Part shown: positions 1 to 10,646 of the stretch, piece after piece
How positions within the stretch are numbered: position 1 is the stretch's first letter
Layout: the number at the start of each line of letters is the position of its first letter
DNA from: an uncultured delta proteobacterium
GTDB taxonomy: Bacteria; Desulfobacterota; Desulfomonilia; Desulfomonilales; Desulfomonilaceae
Reading direction: 5' to 3'
DNA: 64,000 bases
NCBI GenBank assembly: GCA_963789265.1
Contig: CAWBKB010000003.1
Location: 576,001 to 640,000, forward strand
The notes under the pieces: model-generated
What the model saw: only the letters and a program-made list of their open reading frames with translations
Databases searched by the model: none
Told to the model about the DNA's origin: nothing
Position numbers and translations under genes: made by a program

Positions 1-47
1 GAAAGAACCTTGGAAGAATACCACAAGTGGCAGGTTCTGAGAACTAC

Positions 48-76
48 TGTAGGGGCGGTTTCAAACCCGCCCCTAC
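48..76. repeat. GTAG-headed REP-like palindrome
   Basis: gtagggggcggtttcaaacccgcccctac-type hairpin; near-identical copies at 3778-3806, about 3995-4019 and about 51996-52023. Confidence 0.75.
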
Positions 77-127
77 CAACTTCATCTTCCAAATTTCGGC
101 GTGGCTATACAAAGTGAGTAGATAGGC

Positions 128-958
128 TCAGGCAGGATTGGTGTGGTCGGAAATGTTGAACCGCATAAGGACGGCTTCCAGCACAGACCCACCTATTGCG
201 CGGGCCTTTTCCGAGATGGTGTTGCAGTAAGAGGGATTCCCTCGTGGGTCAATGTCTCCGATCTTCAGCCGCCGACTCACTAAAGTGCCGGGCCTTATCA
301 ATCCGCGGATTATCCCGTTGATTTCCGCCCTCACAGGCTCGCCCGCCACCTGTCCTATTTGTTGCCCTTTCTCCACCAAAGTTCCTATGTGCTCGGCGGA
401 TTCAAAAATTCCGTCTGCGGGTGATCGAAGGACTCTGAGAGTAGTGTACCCGCCGATGTTACCAGGGGTTCCTGTATCGGGAGCCGCCTCTCCCTGCACG
501 ATCAGACGACCCAAATCGTGTCCCCTGTTGGTCTCTATGACGCAGTGAGCATCTTTCCCGGCGCAGAACCCCGGTCCCAAAGCTATCACCAGTGGTGCAT
601 CGTCTATCGAGGTGCCAAGGTTCTTTTTTGCCAGAATTGCGTCCACGACCACATCAGGCTGGAAAGCGGTCTTGAAAGCACCGTCAGGATCAACAAAAAT
701 CGGAATTTGCCCCGATTGCCATAGTGCCTGCGCTTGGTCCAGGGTCTGGACTCTGGCTGCCTCTATTCCCTCGACACCCCAATTTCCTTCGTGCAGCGCT
801 TCGCTGAAGCTAACCATGCGCCGCACAGTCAGCGGCTGGTCAATTTCGGTCATAAGAAGTCGGCGGAATCCTGCGTTGTAGATACGACACGCTGTTCCCG
901 TGGCCATTTCGCCGGCTCCACGAATGACGATTTTCAGTTTGGCCAGACAGGGTGGCAT
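128..958 (-). CDS. yqeB: Selenium-dependent molybdenum hydroxylase system protein, YqeB/EF2563 family
   Basis: IVIRGAGEMATG, TVRRMVSF, VVDAILAKKNLGT, IALGPGF, IETNRGHDLGR, KIGDIDPRG, TISEKARAIGGSVLEA motifs. Confidence 0.9.
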   Translation of the reverse strand: MPPCLAKLKIVIRGAGEMATGTACRIYNAGFRRLLMTEIDQPLTVRRMVSFSEALHEGNWGVEGIEAARVQTLDQAQALWQSGQIPIFVDPDGAFKTAFQPDVVVDAILAKKNLGTSIDDAPLVIALGPGFCAGKDAHCVIETNRGHDLGRLIVQGEAAPDTGTPGNIGGYTTLRVLRSPADGIFESAEHIGTLVEKGQQIGQVAGEPVRAEINGIIRGLIRPGTLVSRRLKIGDIDPRGNPSYCNTISEKARAIGGSVLEAVLMRFNISDHTNPA

Positions 959-974
959 TATGGAGCGCGCTTTC

Positions 975-1415
975 TTACTTATCGAACTCTTCTAGGGCCT
1001 TGATCATAGTCTCTTTGGGGATGACCCCATAAAATGCATTCTTTATCTCACCATCCCGAATGATGAAGATAGCCGGTATCTTGTTGATTCCAAACCGACG
1101 CGTGATCAGATTCTGATCGGTGTTGACCCTGCCTATCACAGCTCGGCCCTTGAGGTCTTTAGCTACTTCCCGGAGTACCGGATCGAGCATCCGGCACGGA
1201 AAGCACCACTCGGCGTAGAAGTCCACCAATATGGGGCGCTTCTTCGACGCTTCCACCACGTTGGACTGAAAGTTTTCATCGGTGAAGCTCTGGACGTTAG
1301 AAGCAACCAGAGGCTCGGTAGCCCCTTTCTTCTCATGGACCGACCACAAAATTATCAGTCCTCCCGCTAAACAGAACGCTATCAACGTGATTATTATTAT
1401 ACCTGTCTTATTCAT
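975..1415 (-). CDS. Membrane-anchored thioredoxin-family protein (WCFPC)
   Basis: N-terminal hydrophobic helix; LVDFYAEWCFPCRML thioredoxin motif; IP cis-Pro segment. Confidence 0.85.
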   Translation of the reverse strand: MNKTGIIIITLIAFCLAGGLIILWSVHEKKGATEPLVASNVQSFTDENFQSNVVEASKKRPILVDFYAEWCFPCRMLDPVLREVAKDLKGRAVIGRVNTDQNLITRRFGINKIPAIFIIRDGEIKNAFYGVIPKETMIKALEEFDK

Positions 1416-1493
1416 GCTGCCTCCGCAGTCTACCGCCTCTTTTATGTAATTTACTCCACCTCGGATGTAATGAGAACCATTATTTCATTTTCT

Positions 1494-3732
1494 TCACATG
1501 AGATCCATTGGATCGACATCTACAACGATCTTTAGCCCATGACCTTTCAGGTAACCTTCTGAAATTAGCCCCTTGACAAGGGACCGCACAGGACTTCGTG
1601 TGGCGGCTTTGAAGAGAACTTGCCAGCGAAATCTCCCCAGAATCTTTTTTCTGGGCGACGGGGCCGGGCCCATAACCATTATGTCCCTGGATTCACCTTT
1701 CAAGAGCCTAGCGGCCCTACTGATCATTATAGCTTTCTTTTCGACCCGCTTTTCGTTATTCCCCTCCACACGCACCAGAATCAGGTGCCCATAGGGAGGG
1801 TACAACAGTTCGCGGCGCAGCGTTGAATCCAGTTCGAAAAAACGTTCATACGCGTGGGACGCCGCGCACTGAATCGCCTCATGTTTTGGATCAAAGGTCT
1901 GAAGGATCACTCGGCCCGAATCCGTCTCCCTGCCGGTGCGACCTGCAACCTGCGTAAGCATCTGGAAGGTTCTCTCCGCTGCTCTGAAATCCGGAAAGTG
2001 TAAGGAGAGATCGCCGCAGAGCACCCCGACGAGGGAAATACCCGGAAAGTCGTGACCTTTGACAATCATCTGAGTCCCTGTAAGGATGTCGATCTCCTGT
2101 TTCCTGAAACGGTCCAAAATGCCCTCAAGCTGATCCCTCCGGCGTGTAGTGTCCCGATCGAGTCTTTCGATGCGTGCCTCCGGGAATACCTCTGCCAACT
2201 CCTCCTCCACTTTCTGCGTGCCCACACCTCCAAAGAAGAGCTTTCCTCCGGAGCACTGCGGGCACAAAGGGGGAGCAGCCTGAGAAAAACCGCACAGATG
2301 GCACCGGAAATCCCCGCTCGCTTGTGATGAGTGAGGCTGATATCGCAATTCGGGCATTTGAAAACGTTGCCGCACGATCGGCACTGAGCAAATGTATCAA
2401 ATCCTCTGCGATTAAGAAAAAGGACCACCTGCTCTTGTCGTGCCAGTGCTATTTTTATGGAGTCAATCAGTTTAGGCGTAAGAAACGCCCCTTTGCTGCA
2501 CTTATTCTCGGGCGACTTGAGATCTACTAATTCCACCGCGGGGAGCGCGCCGCCATGATGGCGGCACGGCAGGTCCACGCGAGCAATTTTGCCTCTCTGA
2601 GCGTTGACGAACGTCTCAAAAGAGGGCGTTGCACTTCCCAGGATGACACATGCATTTTCCAGTTTTGCTCGGGCCAGCGCCATGTCACGAGCATTATACG
2701 GACAACTGTCCTCCTGTTTGTAAGATGAATCATGCTCTTCATCCACGATAATCAGACCGAGGTCCCGTACCGGCAAGAAGATACCCGATCGAGCCCCTAT
2801 GGCTACGTTCACCTTTCCCTCTTGCACACGGCGCCATTCGTCGAGCCTCTGAGAAGGCGTCAACCCGCTGTGAAAGATCCCCACGCCTCCGCCAATGCGT
2901 CTCAAGAAGCGGCGGGCAAGTTGCGGTGTCAGCGCTATCTCCGGGACCAGTACCAGTGCCCGTTTTCCTTTTTTCAGAATTTCATGGATTACTCTGAGGT
3001 AGACTTCCGTCTTTCCCGATCCGGTAACTCCAAAGAGGAGAAAGGGATGAAATCCTCCCTTCAGGACAGCCTCTGTAATTAGCGTGACTGCGGAATTCTG
3101 ATCGGGCGTCAGTTCGGGAGGCTGTTCGGCAGGCAAAACACGCGTCCCCGCGGGATCGAGAAGCTCGGGTAGCTTTTTTTTGCGCAAGCTAATTCTGGGG
3201 CGAGCGATTCGTTCCTCAATTCGGATCCATTTTTTCTGCAGGGCTTCTTTGCAGCCGTCTTTGCCGATGAGGGCTTCAAGTTCGCTTTGGGCCATCACTC
3301 CCGCCTTGAGAACTTTTGTCGGAAGGGTCAGTTTCGACTGTTTTCCCGATCCGCAAACCACGCACGTCCTTCAGGGGTCAAAATCGCCCAGGGTCGCGAT
3401 TTCCTGTCCGAACCCGGAGGAAGAGCAGTCTTGAGCACCAACCCTGTCGAGATCAAATAGTATTCTGCGATCCACCGGATGAAGGTCCAAAGCTCCGGAG
3501 TCAGATATGGCTCTTCTTCAGGGATGTCTACAACATACTTGATTTCCTGGCTGCCTGGGTCGGAAGCGCATATTCCGACAATGAAACCTGCCCGTATCTT
3601 ATTTCTGAAGGGAACGAGGACCCGGCGGCCTATCTCAGCGCGGGACACGAGCTCAGTCGGGATCCTATAGGTAAAAGGGCCTTCCAGTGGAAGAGGAATG
3701 GCCACGTCTATGAGGTTGTCCGAGTCGTTCAT
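1494..3732 (-). CDS. priA: Primosomal protein N-prime; split over three ORFs by two frameshifts (about 3345 and 2310), probably sequencing indels
   Basis: N-terminal DVAIPLP/GRRVLVPF; GVTGSGKTEVY, LVPEIALTPQ, DEEHDSSYKQ, Zn fingers CRSC/CPNC/CHLC/CPQC, GTQMIVKGHDFP, QVAGRTGR, VDVDP. Confidence 0.93.
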
Positions 3733-3777
3733 GCCGAGTCGCTTTCAGGAGGACAAGATCAGATCTTCCAAGAGAAA

Positions 3778-4296
3778 GTAGGGGCAGGTTTCAAACCTGC
3801 CCCTACCTAACAGAGGCAGTTTTGTACCATGTGCTGAGCGAAGCGAAGCGCATCAATTGCGTAAGACCGAGCGGGGACGCGAACGATACACTTTCCCTGC
3901 CTTCGCAGAGTTCGGCACATCCTACATGCTGGATAGTAGGACGGGCATCCTGCCCGTCATTGGCAGGCAAGATGCCTGCCCCACTATTCCAAATGGGCAG
4001 GTTTCAAACCTACCCCTACCTAACAGAGGCAGTCACCATTGACAAGATCTCTTTGGAAAGGCAGGGTAACGGCGCGCGAAGCATATTTGTAGGGGCAGCT
4101 CACGTAGCGATATGGTGAATCCCGCAGGATGCGCGTACCCGGGAATCGGTAGGACCGGCCTCCGTGCCGGTCGTTTCGCAGTTTTGTAGGATGCGCTGAG
4201 CGAAGCGAAGCGCATCACAATTGCGTAAGACCGAGCGGGGACGCGAACGATGCGCTTCCCCCGCCTTGGCAGGGTTCAGCACATCCTACATGCTGG
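3778..4296. repeat. Cluster of GTAG-headed REP-like hairpins with a duplicated ~118-bp unit
   Basis: 3816-3932 is similar to 4178-4296 (gcagttttgta..gctgagcgaagcgaagcgcatc..cacatcctacatgctgg); 3781-3820 is similar to 3995-4033; further hairpins gtaggacgggcatcctgcccgtc and ggtaggaccggcctccgtgccggtc. Confidence 0.85.
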
Positions 4297-4398
4297 CCCC
4301 CCTTTACCAAGGGGGAATAAATAGTTAAGTTTGCACCCATCGACAAATGACCGGCAGTCCCGCGTTCCGCGTGGGATGGTCCTACTGGCGTTCTCTTC

Positions 4399-6057
4399 AT
4401 GACCGGACCGACGACCATACCGAGGTTTTGGCTCGCATTTTTGTGCTGCTGTCTCCTGGCAACGCCTTTTTTGTGCGTCACGTTTCCTCCCATAACAGAT
4501 CTACCGCAACAGTCGGCCCAGATTCGCCTCTTTCTCGAAACACTGCACGACCCTTCGGCAAGTCCATACAAGATACAGTGGTTCACCCCGTACAGTCTAT
4601 CCTACCTGATGTTGGGAGTCTCGTGGGCCCTGTTCGGCCCGCAAAGCGCAGGCCGGATCGCTATGCTCGCCATTGCGCTGCTGTGGGCAGTGTCAATCCA
4701 CATTACGGCAGCCAGGCGGGACCGATCTGCGGCTGCGGCGACTCTGGCGTGTTTGTTCGTTTTGAACCATACGGTCTACTGGGGCTTTTACAGCTTCGTA
4801 ATAGGCTTGCCTGCCTTTCTCGTCTGGTTTTCTCTCAGGTACTGAAGATCCGCCTGAACGATTCTCAGCGCGAGATGCCTTCTTATGGCTCGCCTGCGCC
4901 ATTCTCCTTTATATGTGTCATGTGCTCTGGTTCATTGCCGGCATGGCATGGCCCTGGCTCAGGGGATAGTTTTCCGAAAGCCTGTCAGAAAAACACTAAC
5001 CAGATTGGCTTATGTTGCGCCTCTCGTTGTGGTGGTTGGGATCTGGTACCCGTCGCTTTCGGGCTCTTCGATGGCAACACCGCCATTGTGGGGGTCCAAC
5101 CCGATCTGGCGTCTCTCTTTCTCATGGCTTTCAGACGCGGCTCTGGGGGGAATCCGGGGCCCTGCGATACCTGTATTCTTCGCAGCGGCCCTTGTGTGGG
5201 TTCTTATGTCAGTGGTGCAGCACCGCAAGAGCCTATACCGGTTGCGCCCTCACCCCAGCCCTCTCCCAGATTTTCGTCATTCCCGCGAACGCGGGAATCC
5301 AGACTGGACCCCGGATCAAGTCCGGGGTGACGGAATAATCGATAAGGGTCCGGCCTCCGTGCCGGTTGCAAATTCGCCGGCAGGGACGCCGGCGATACAG
5401 CCGGATCGAGTCCGGGCTGACGGAGTAATCGACAAAGAGCTGCTTCTTGCAGCGGGTCTCTTCTTTGCGTTCGCTTTGATCCTCCCTGACAAGTACATGA
5501 ACACGATCAGGTTCAGCCAACGATGGATGCCGCCGGCTATGATAATGTTGCTCTTGGCTGTGCCCGCGCCGGTACTCAGGCCGGTACTCAGGCAAGTAGC
5601 AGCCCTGGTGATCGTGGCCGCGTTTTGTTTGGCTACAACCGCCACGTGGGAGAGATTCGAAAGGGACGAACTCTCCGGTCTCAAGGAAGCCCTGGCCGCG
5701 CTGCCCGCCTCCCCGAAAGTGCTGGGACTGGCCCTGGTTCATAGGAGCAATCTCATTAAGGGGGTCCCGTTTATCCAGATTTTTGCTTATTCTCAGGTGC
5801 TAAAGGGCGGGATGTTGAATTTTTCGTTTGCCGAGTTTTCGCCGTGTCTGGTGGTGTTCAAGGACAGTTCCCCGAAGCCTTGGACCGGGGGTTTGGAATG
5901 GTTCCCGAGGCTCGTCAAGGAATCAGATCTCCAGTATTTTGATTATGCGCTAATCAATGGAACCGACCAAATGCATTCGGTCACTAGAGCCCAATCTCGG
6001 CTTGTTCCGGTAACTACGAAGGGCCGCTGGAGGCTGTATCGTGTGAAGGCGCCGTAG
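4399..6057 (+). CDS. Polytopic membrane protein, probable GT-C-fold glycosyltransferase; two frameshifts (about 4840 and 4950) and an in-frame repeat insertion
   Basis: ORFs 4399-4845 and 4885-6057 are bridged by a third frame (TEDPPERFSARDAFLWLACAILLYMCHVLWF); PPITDLPQQ first-loop motif, many TM helices, soluble C-terminal domain. Confidence 0.6.
5247..5436. repeat. Composite of palindromic repeats inside a CDS
   Basis: ccctcaccccagccctctccc; cgtcattcccgcgaacgcgggaatccag..ccccggatcaagtccggggtgacg; ccggcctccgtgccgg; duplicated ccggatcRagtccgggStgacggaRtaatcgaYaa. Confidence 0.85.
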
Positions 6058-6117
6058 GAGTCATTGTCCGGCCCACAAGACACAATCCGGACATAAACGA
6101 GCTGAAAAGCAACGGGC

Positions 6118-6265
6118 TTATAGCTATTGCCAAAAGTAATGACCTGTTCACCACCCGTCACCCCGGCGAAAGCCGGGGTCCAGAACATATTGAAAAGACT
6201 GGATTCCGGCCTCCGCCGGAATGACGGTGTCAGGCTATCTCCAATCGCACAGAACTTTTGGCAAT
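6118..6265. mobile_element. MITE-like element with 12-bp terminal inverted repeats enclosing a REP hairpin
   Basis: attgccaaaagt (6126-6137) / acttttggcaat (6254-6265); internal cgtcaccccggcgaaagccggggtccag..ctggattccggcctccgccggaatgacg; inverted homolog at 16286-16478. Confidence 0.7.
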
Positions 6266-6276
6266 GGGAATATCAC

Positions 6277-6426
6277 TTACGTCTCTTCGTGATATTCTTC
6301 TTCGGTGTTCATCGACCAAATATTTTCTTTCTGGCTGATCCCTGCCTTGATATTGTCTACAGCGGTCATTGCGGTCAGCATGGAACAATCCGCGTTGTTG
6401 TATTTGTGGATGCCGTTTCTTCCCTT
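6277..6426 (-). pseudogene. C-terminal remnant of an NAD(P)/FAD-dependent oxidoreductase (HemY/Glf-like family found near glycosylation genes)
   Basis: GRNGIHKYNNADCSMLTAMTAVDNI..NIWSMNTEEEYHEE resembles the family C-terminus GRNGMHxYNNQDHSM..W.VN.E.EYHE; the upstream part is absent. Confidence 0.7.
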
Positions 6427-6689
6427 CTTTTTTGTCTGCCGTTGCCAGGAGTGATTGCTGTAATGGCCCGACCATCGCACGCCTTTCGCCTTTAGCTTCC
6501 ACTCGGGTGAGGTCACCAGGAATTTCCCCAGGAGTGGATGAGAGATGTAGAATTTAGGACTTGAGGGTGCGGCTTCATAGTCTTTCTCAACATGAAATGA
6601 CTAAGGTTCTTCGCGCCTTCCTGTCTACTTGGTGGAGACCAGTAATATAATGCAGGGCGAAAATCAATCTGCCGTTCCAGTGGAAACGA

Positions 6690-6718
6690 TTCCCACAATC
6701 GTATAAAGTTAGTATAAT
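6690..6718 (+). promoter_or_regulatory. Putative sigma70 promoter for the glycosylation cassette
   Basis: ttccca-17 nt-tataat upstream of SD agggag (6781). Confidence 0.35.
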
Positions 6719-6792
6719 ATCACTGAGCGTGGCACGTCGTCGCGGAATAAATCGCAACTATTTTGAATAGCTTATGAGATAGGGAGCACCGT

Positions 6793-7537
6793 TTGAAAGC
6801 GGGAACTCAGCGAATTATGATCGTGATCCCGGCTTATAACGAAGCTGGCAGAATTGGAAAGGTAGTGAGTTGTGCCAGATCAGGTACTACCTGGCGCAAC
6901 TGTTGTTGTGGTCGATGATTCGTCTGTGGACTCGACCAGCAAAGAGGCCTGTGAGGCGGGCTCGATCGTGCTTCGCCACCCTATAAATCTCGGCTATGGA
7001 TCTGCGCTGCATACAGGGTTCATCTTCGCATTACGAAACAACTTCGACATCCTTCTCCAGATGGATGGCGACGGGCAACATTTGGCATCTGAATTACCGA
7101 AATTGCTTGATCCGATATTGGCGGACCATGCTGACTTAGTCATAGGTTCCCGCTATCTCAATGGAGGATGCGGATACGACTGCGGTATTGCACGACGCAT
7201 CGGGCAGAGGATGTTCGAATGGATCGCCTTGGGCGCGACAAGTAGGCGCTTCACCGATCCGACTTCCGGGTTTCAAGGCATGAATATCAGAGCGACCAAA
7301 TTCTTTAGCGGAGACGACTACCCGGACGACTATCCCGACGCGGATGTCCTTATAATGGCTCATTACGCGGGGCTCAGAGTAAAAGAGGTTCCTGTCAGGA
7401 TGAACCCTCGATCGGATGGACAATCAATGCACGTGGGCCTCAAGCCCTTGTATTATGTCATTAAAATGCTCTTTTCGATGTTTCTTGTTATACTTGATTT
7501 TGGAAGGTGGAGAAGACATGACTCCCAGGCAGATTGA
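6793..7537 (+). CDS. GT2 glycosyltransferase (polyprenol-phosphate glycosyltransferase, DPM1-like); frameshift near 6880
   Basis: Upstream frame IVIPAYNEAGRI joins VVVVDDSSVD, NLGYGSALHTG, QMDGDGQH, DLVIGSRY, DPTSGF. Confidence 0.88.
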
Positions 7538-7910
7538 AGCATCCATTATAATCAGCATCAGTCTTCTGGTGTTGATCGTCACCCTGATCAGGAAGAAGAA
7601 GCTTGAGGTGGCCTATTCCTGGGTGTGGCTTTTCATCGGGATCGGTATGGTAATGGTGGTAGTCTTTTACAAGGGCCTGGTCGCACTTTCGGATCTGATC
7701 GGTTCAGTGACACCGACCACGACCTTATTCTTGTGCGCAATCTTAGTCATTATGCTCTTGTGTCTCCAATTCTCCATTGTGACTTCCCAGCACAAATGGC
7801 AAATCAGAAAGATGGCACAAGAGATAGCGATGTTAACTGCAAAATCTGAGACTGTCGCATCCCAATCTTATTCAGATAACTGTGGCGGCACGGGCAAGGA
7901 CTCCACCTGA
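7518..7910 (+). CDS. DUF2304 family membrane protein
   Basis: LIRKKKLEVAYSWVWL, three TM helices, C-terminal IRKMAQEIAML; typical position overlapping a DPM1-like GT2. Confidence 0.8.
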   Translation: MTPRQIEASIIISISLLVLIVTLIRKKKLEVAYSWVWLFIGIGMVMVVVFYKGLVALSDLIGSVTPTTTLFLCAILVIMLLCLQFSIVTSQHKWQIRKMAQEIAMLTAKSETVASQSYSDNCGGTGKDST

Positions 7911-9388
7911 TGTCGTGCCGTGTATTCTTAACAACTGCACCAACAAGCCTTGAGAATCGATATGGTCGATTCGCATTTGCCGGAAGCACCCAACCGTCAT
8001 TTGGACTAGTATGCTTGGCTGCAATGGCCCTCAGTCAGGGGCACGAAGTGAGAGTTGTTGATGCCGCGGCCGAAAATCTCAGTGTCTATCAAACCCTCCA
8101 AGAAGCTGAGCGGTTCTCTCCACAAGTCATTGGGATAAGCGCTACTACCGCTGGAATCGTCGTTGCCGGAGAGTTGGCATTATCGGCAAAAAAGCGTCTG
8201 CCGAATGTGTTGACGATTGTCGGCGGACCCCACCTGAGTGCTTTGCCAGTCGAAACATTGCAAGAATTCCCAGGTTTCGACATCGGGATCCTTGGCGAGG
8301 GCGAGGAAACCTTGGCAGATTTGCTGTCAGTTTTCAGCGTAACGAAAAAAGTTGACCGGCCAGTTCTTGGAACTGTGGTTCGTGATGAAAGTGGGATCAG
8401 TCTGCAACCGAGGCGTCCATTCATTGCAGATCTCGATCAGTTGCCGCTGCCAGCGTGGCGACTACTGCGAAGCTTTCCAGGGGGCTTTCGACCGACGCTG
8501 GCTCGCATGAATCGCCTTCCCTGCGCTTCCGTTGTGCTTACTAGAGGTTGCCCCAACCGCTGTCTGTTCTGTGACAGATCCGTGTTCGGGAATCGGTGTC
8601 GATCCTACAGCCCCTCTTATGCACTGAACATAATTAAGGATCTCAGATACAACTTTGGCGTGAAGGAAATCCTGATTGAAGACGATACCTTTATAGTGGA
8701 CCGCAAAAGAGTGGAAGAGTTCTGTCAGCTCCTTATCGACGAGAAAGTCGATATAACCTGGTCTTGCCTGGGCCGTGCCGATCGTGTCAACCCCGAGTTG
8801 TTGCGCCTCATGAAAAGGGCTGGGTGCTGGAGCATAGCCTACGGCATCGAGAGCGGCGATGAGGGAATTCTTAAGGCCGTGGCCAAAAGGCTTACAATAG
8901 AACAAATAGAACAAGCGGTCGCGTGGAGTAAGAACGTGGGTCTGATGACGAAGGGGTTCTTCATGGTGGGATTCCCAGGTGAAACGCACAGCTCCATGAA
9001 GGCGACTTTGGACATCGCTAAACGCTTGCCTCTCCATGACATCTCCGTGATGCAATTGACGCCGTTTCCTGGAAGCGATTTGTATCAACGCGCGGAAGAA
9101 TTTGGGACATTCGACAAGGACTGGAAAAAAATGAACGCACTCAACACAGTGTTTGTCCCGTTTGGACTCACAGCGGAGGATCTGGCACGAGCTAGATTCA
9201 GGATGATCAAATCATTTTATCTTCGCCCCCGAATCATACTTTCTAAACTGCTTCAAATAGTTAGCACGCCTAGGCTCATGTTGGCTTTGCCGAGAAGCAT
9301 CCTGGCTCTGGTGAAAGGGCGTTCTTTAGGAAAAGCCTCGCGGACAAGAAATCAAAACTCAGCACACGACCTGCCAAGTGGAGAGTAG
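7910..9388 (+). CDS. B12-binding domain radical SAM protein
   Basis: FGLVCLAAM, VIGISATT, IVGGPHLS, GEGEET; TRGCPNRCLFC (CxxxCxxC); YGIESGD; GFFMVGFPGET; TPFPGS. Confidence 0.92.
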   Translation: MSCRVFLTTAPTSLENRYGRFAFAGSTQPSFGLVCLAAMALSQGHEVRVVDAAAENLSVYQTLQEAERFSPQVIGISATTAGIVVAGELALSAKKRLPNVLTIVGGPHLSALPVETLQEFPGFDIGILGEGEETLADLLSVFSVTKKVDRPVLGTVVRDESGISLQPRRPFIADLDQLPLPAWRLLRSFPGGFRPTLARMNRLPCASVVLTRGCPNRCLFCDRSVFGNRCRSYSPSYALNIIKDLRYNFGVKEILIEDDTFIVDRKRVEEFCQLLIDEKVDITWSCLGRADRVNPELLRLMKRAGCWSIAYGIESGDEGILKAVAKRLTIEQIEQAVAWSKNVGLMTKGFFMVGFPGETHSSMKATLDIAKRLPLHDISVMQLTPFPGSDLYQRAEEFGTFDKDWKKMNALNTVFVPFGLTAEDLARARFRMIKSFYLRPRIILSKLLQIVSTPRLMLALPRSILALVKGRSLGKASRTRNQNSAHDLPSGE

Positions 9389-9622
9389 GAGGATAAGGTT
9401 TTCAGGAGCATCCGTCGATCAGTAACTTAAGTCCTAATTGGGACAAATTCTAATCCTCTTGGCAGACAGCGGTGATCATCGGATAGACTGAGAACCTTTT
9501 GCCGGGACTGACGCCATGGCATGATTCGCAAGGCAGAATGTTGGCCTTGGTATCTCTCCAAGAAGGGAGGTGTCCTTGGGGCCGGAAAGGATGCATTCAC
9601 AGTGCAAAATGGAACGACTCTT

Positions 9623-10646
9623 ATGCCGAGGGGTCCACTGGTTTCTGTGGTCGTGGCGACTTACAATCAGCAGCAATTGGTACTGGCTCAGTGTCTGGAA
9701 AGCATCTCCTGCCAGAAACTATGAGCCTATTGAAGTCATTGTAGTCGACAATGGGGCAAGTCGAGATGTTCGCTCCGTGGTGAAGACCTGTGTTCCTGAT
9801 GCCAGGATGATCAGGTTGCCAAAGAATGTGGGGTTTGCCGGAGGGTACAATGCTGGGATCCGGGCAGCCGTTGGACGGTACGTGGCGATTTTGAATGACG
9901 ATGCCGTGGCATGTTCAAATTGGCTTAATGCCATGCTCACCATCGTAGAAAATGATAAGTCCATAGGGGTGGTCGGATCAATTATCCTCGACTGCAATCG
10001 GCCTGGGCTTCTTGACTCGTGCGGGGTCGGTGTGGCTTTCGATGGGATGTCTCGGCAGGCCATGAGGGGACGAATCCCTCCGGTATTGAAAGGCCCGAAA
10101 GAAGTGTTGTTGGTTAGCGGGTGTGCGTGTCTCTTTAGGACACAGGCCCTCCAAGAAGTCGGCCTCTTTGATGAAGACTTCTTCGCCTACTGTGAGGATA
10201 CGGATCTTGGGTTACGATTGCAATGGGCCGGATGGAAGGCGGTAATCGCTCCGGAATGCTCTGTGAATCATAACTATTCGATGACTACCGGGAGACTTTC
10301 GCTCCAAAAGCTTTACTGGGTCGAGAGAAACCATCTGTGGGTTGCACTCAAGAACTTTCCACTTGCGCTTCTTCCTCTCGTCCCACTGGTAACCTTGTGG
10401 CGATATTTTGTACAATTTTTTATGGCTCAATTCGGCCCGGCAGAATTTCGGGCATTCAGGGACGACGCGGGCATACTGAAGATTATTTCTAGTGTCGTTC
10501 GTGCCAATCTGGATGCGGTGTCCCGAATGCCCGTGATGTTGCGGAAGAGAAAAGCCGCCGCGAATTTGCGTCGCACCAGCGGCCGCGACATGTGTAAGCT
10601 GCTGTTTACTTTCAGTCTTTCCATCTCTGATATCGTGAGAGGTTGA
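9623..10646 (+). CDS. GT2 glycosyltransferase (WbbL/rhamnosyltransferase-like); frameshift near 9718
   Basis: PLVSVVVATYN..QCLESI joins EVIVVDNG, NVGFAGGYNAG, LNDDA, SGCACLFR, VGLFDEDFFAYCEDTDL. Confidence 0.88.

Noticed and set aside
1494..3732. Programmed ribosomal frameshifting in priA and other split genes
   Set aside because: No consistent slippery heptamer; shifts go in both directions in many unrelated genes, so sequencing error is simpler
3778..4296. Repeat cluster as a CRISPR array or as coding ORFs (3822-4118, 4033-4218, 4100-4282)
   Set aside because: Irregular spacing and mixed palindrome families; the ORFs are translations of repeats
4843..4845. TGA as selenocysteine readthrough (also considered for the yedF first ORF at 23006 and the dehydratase end)
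   Set aside because: Homologous sequence continues in a different frame, not past the TGA; no Cys-equivalent context or SECIS-like hairpin recognised
4347..5330. 327-aa overlapping ORF
   Set aside because: Alternative frame of the membrane protein gene, ending in repeat DNA
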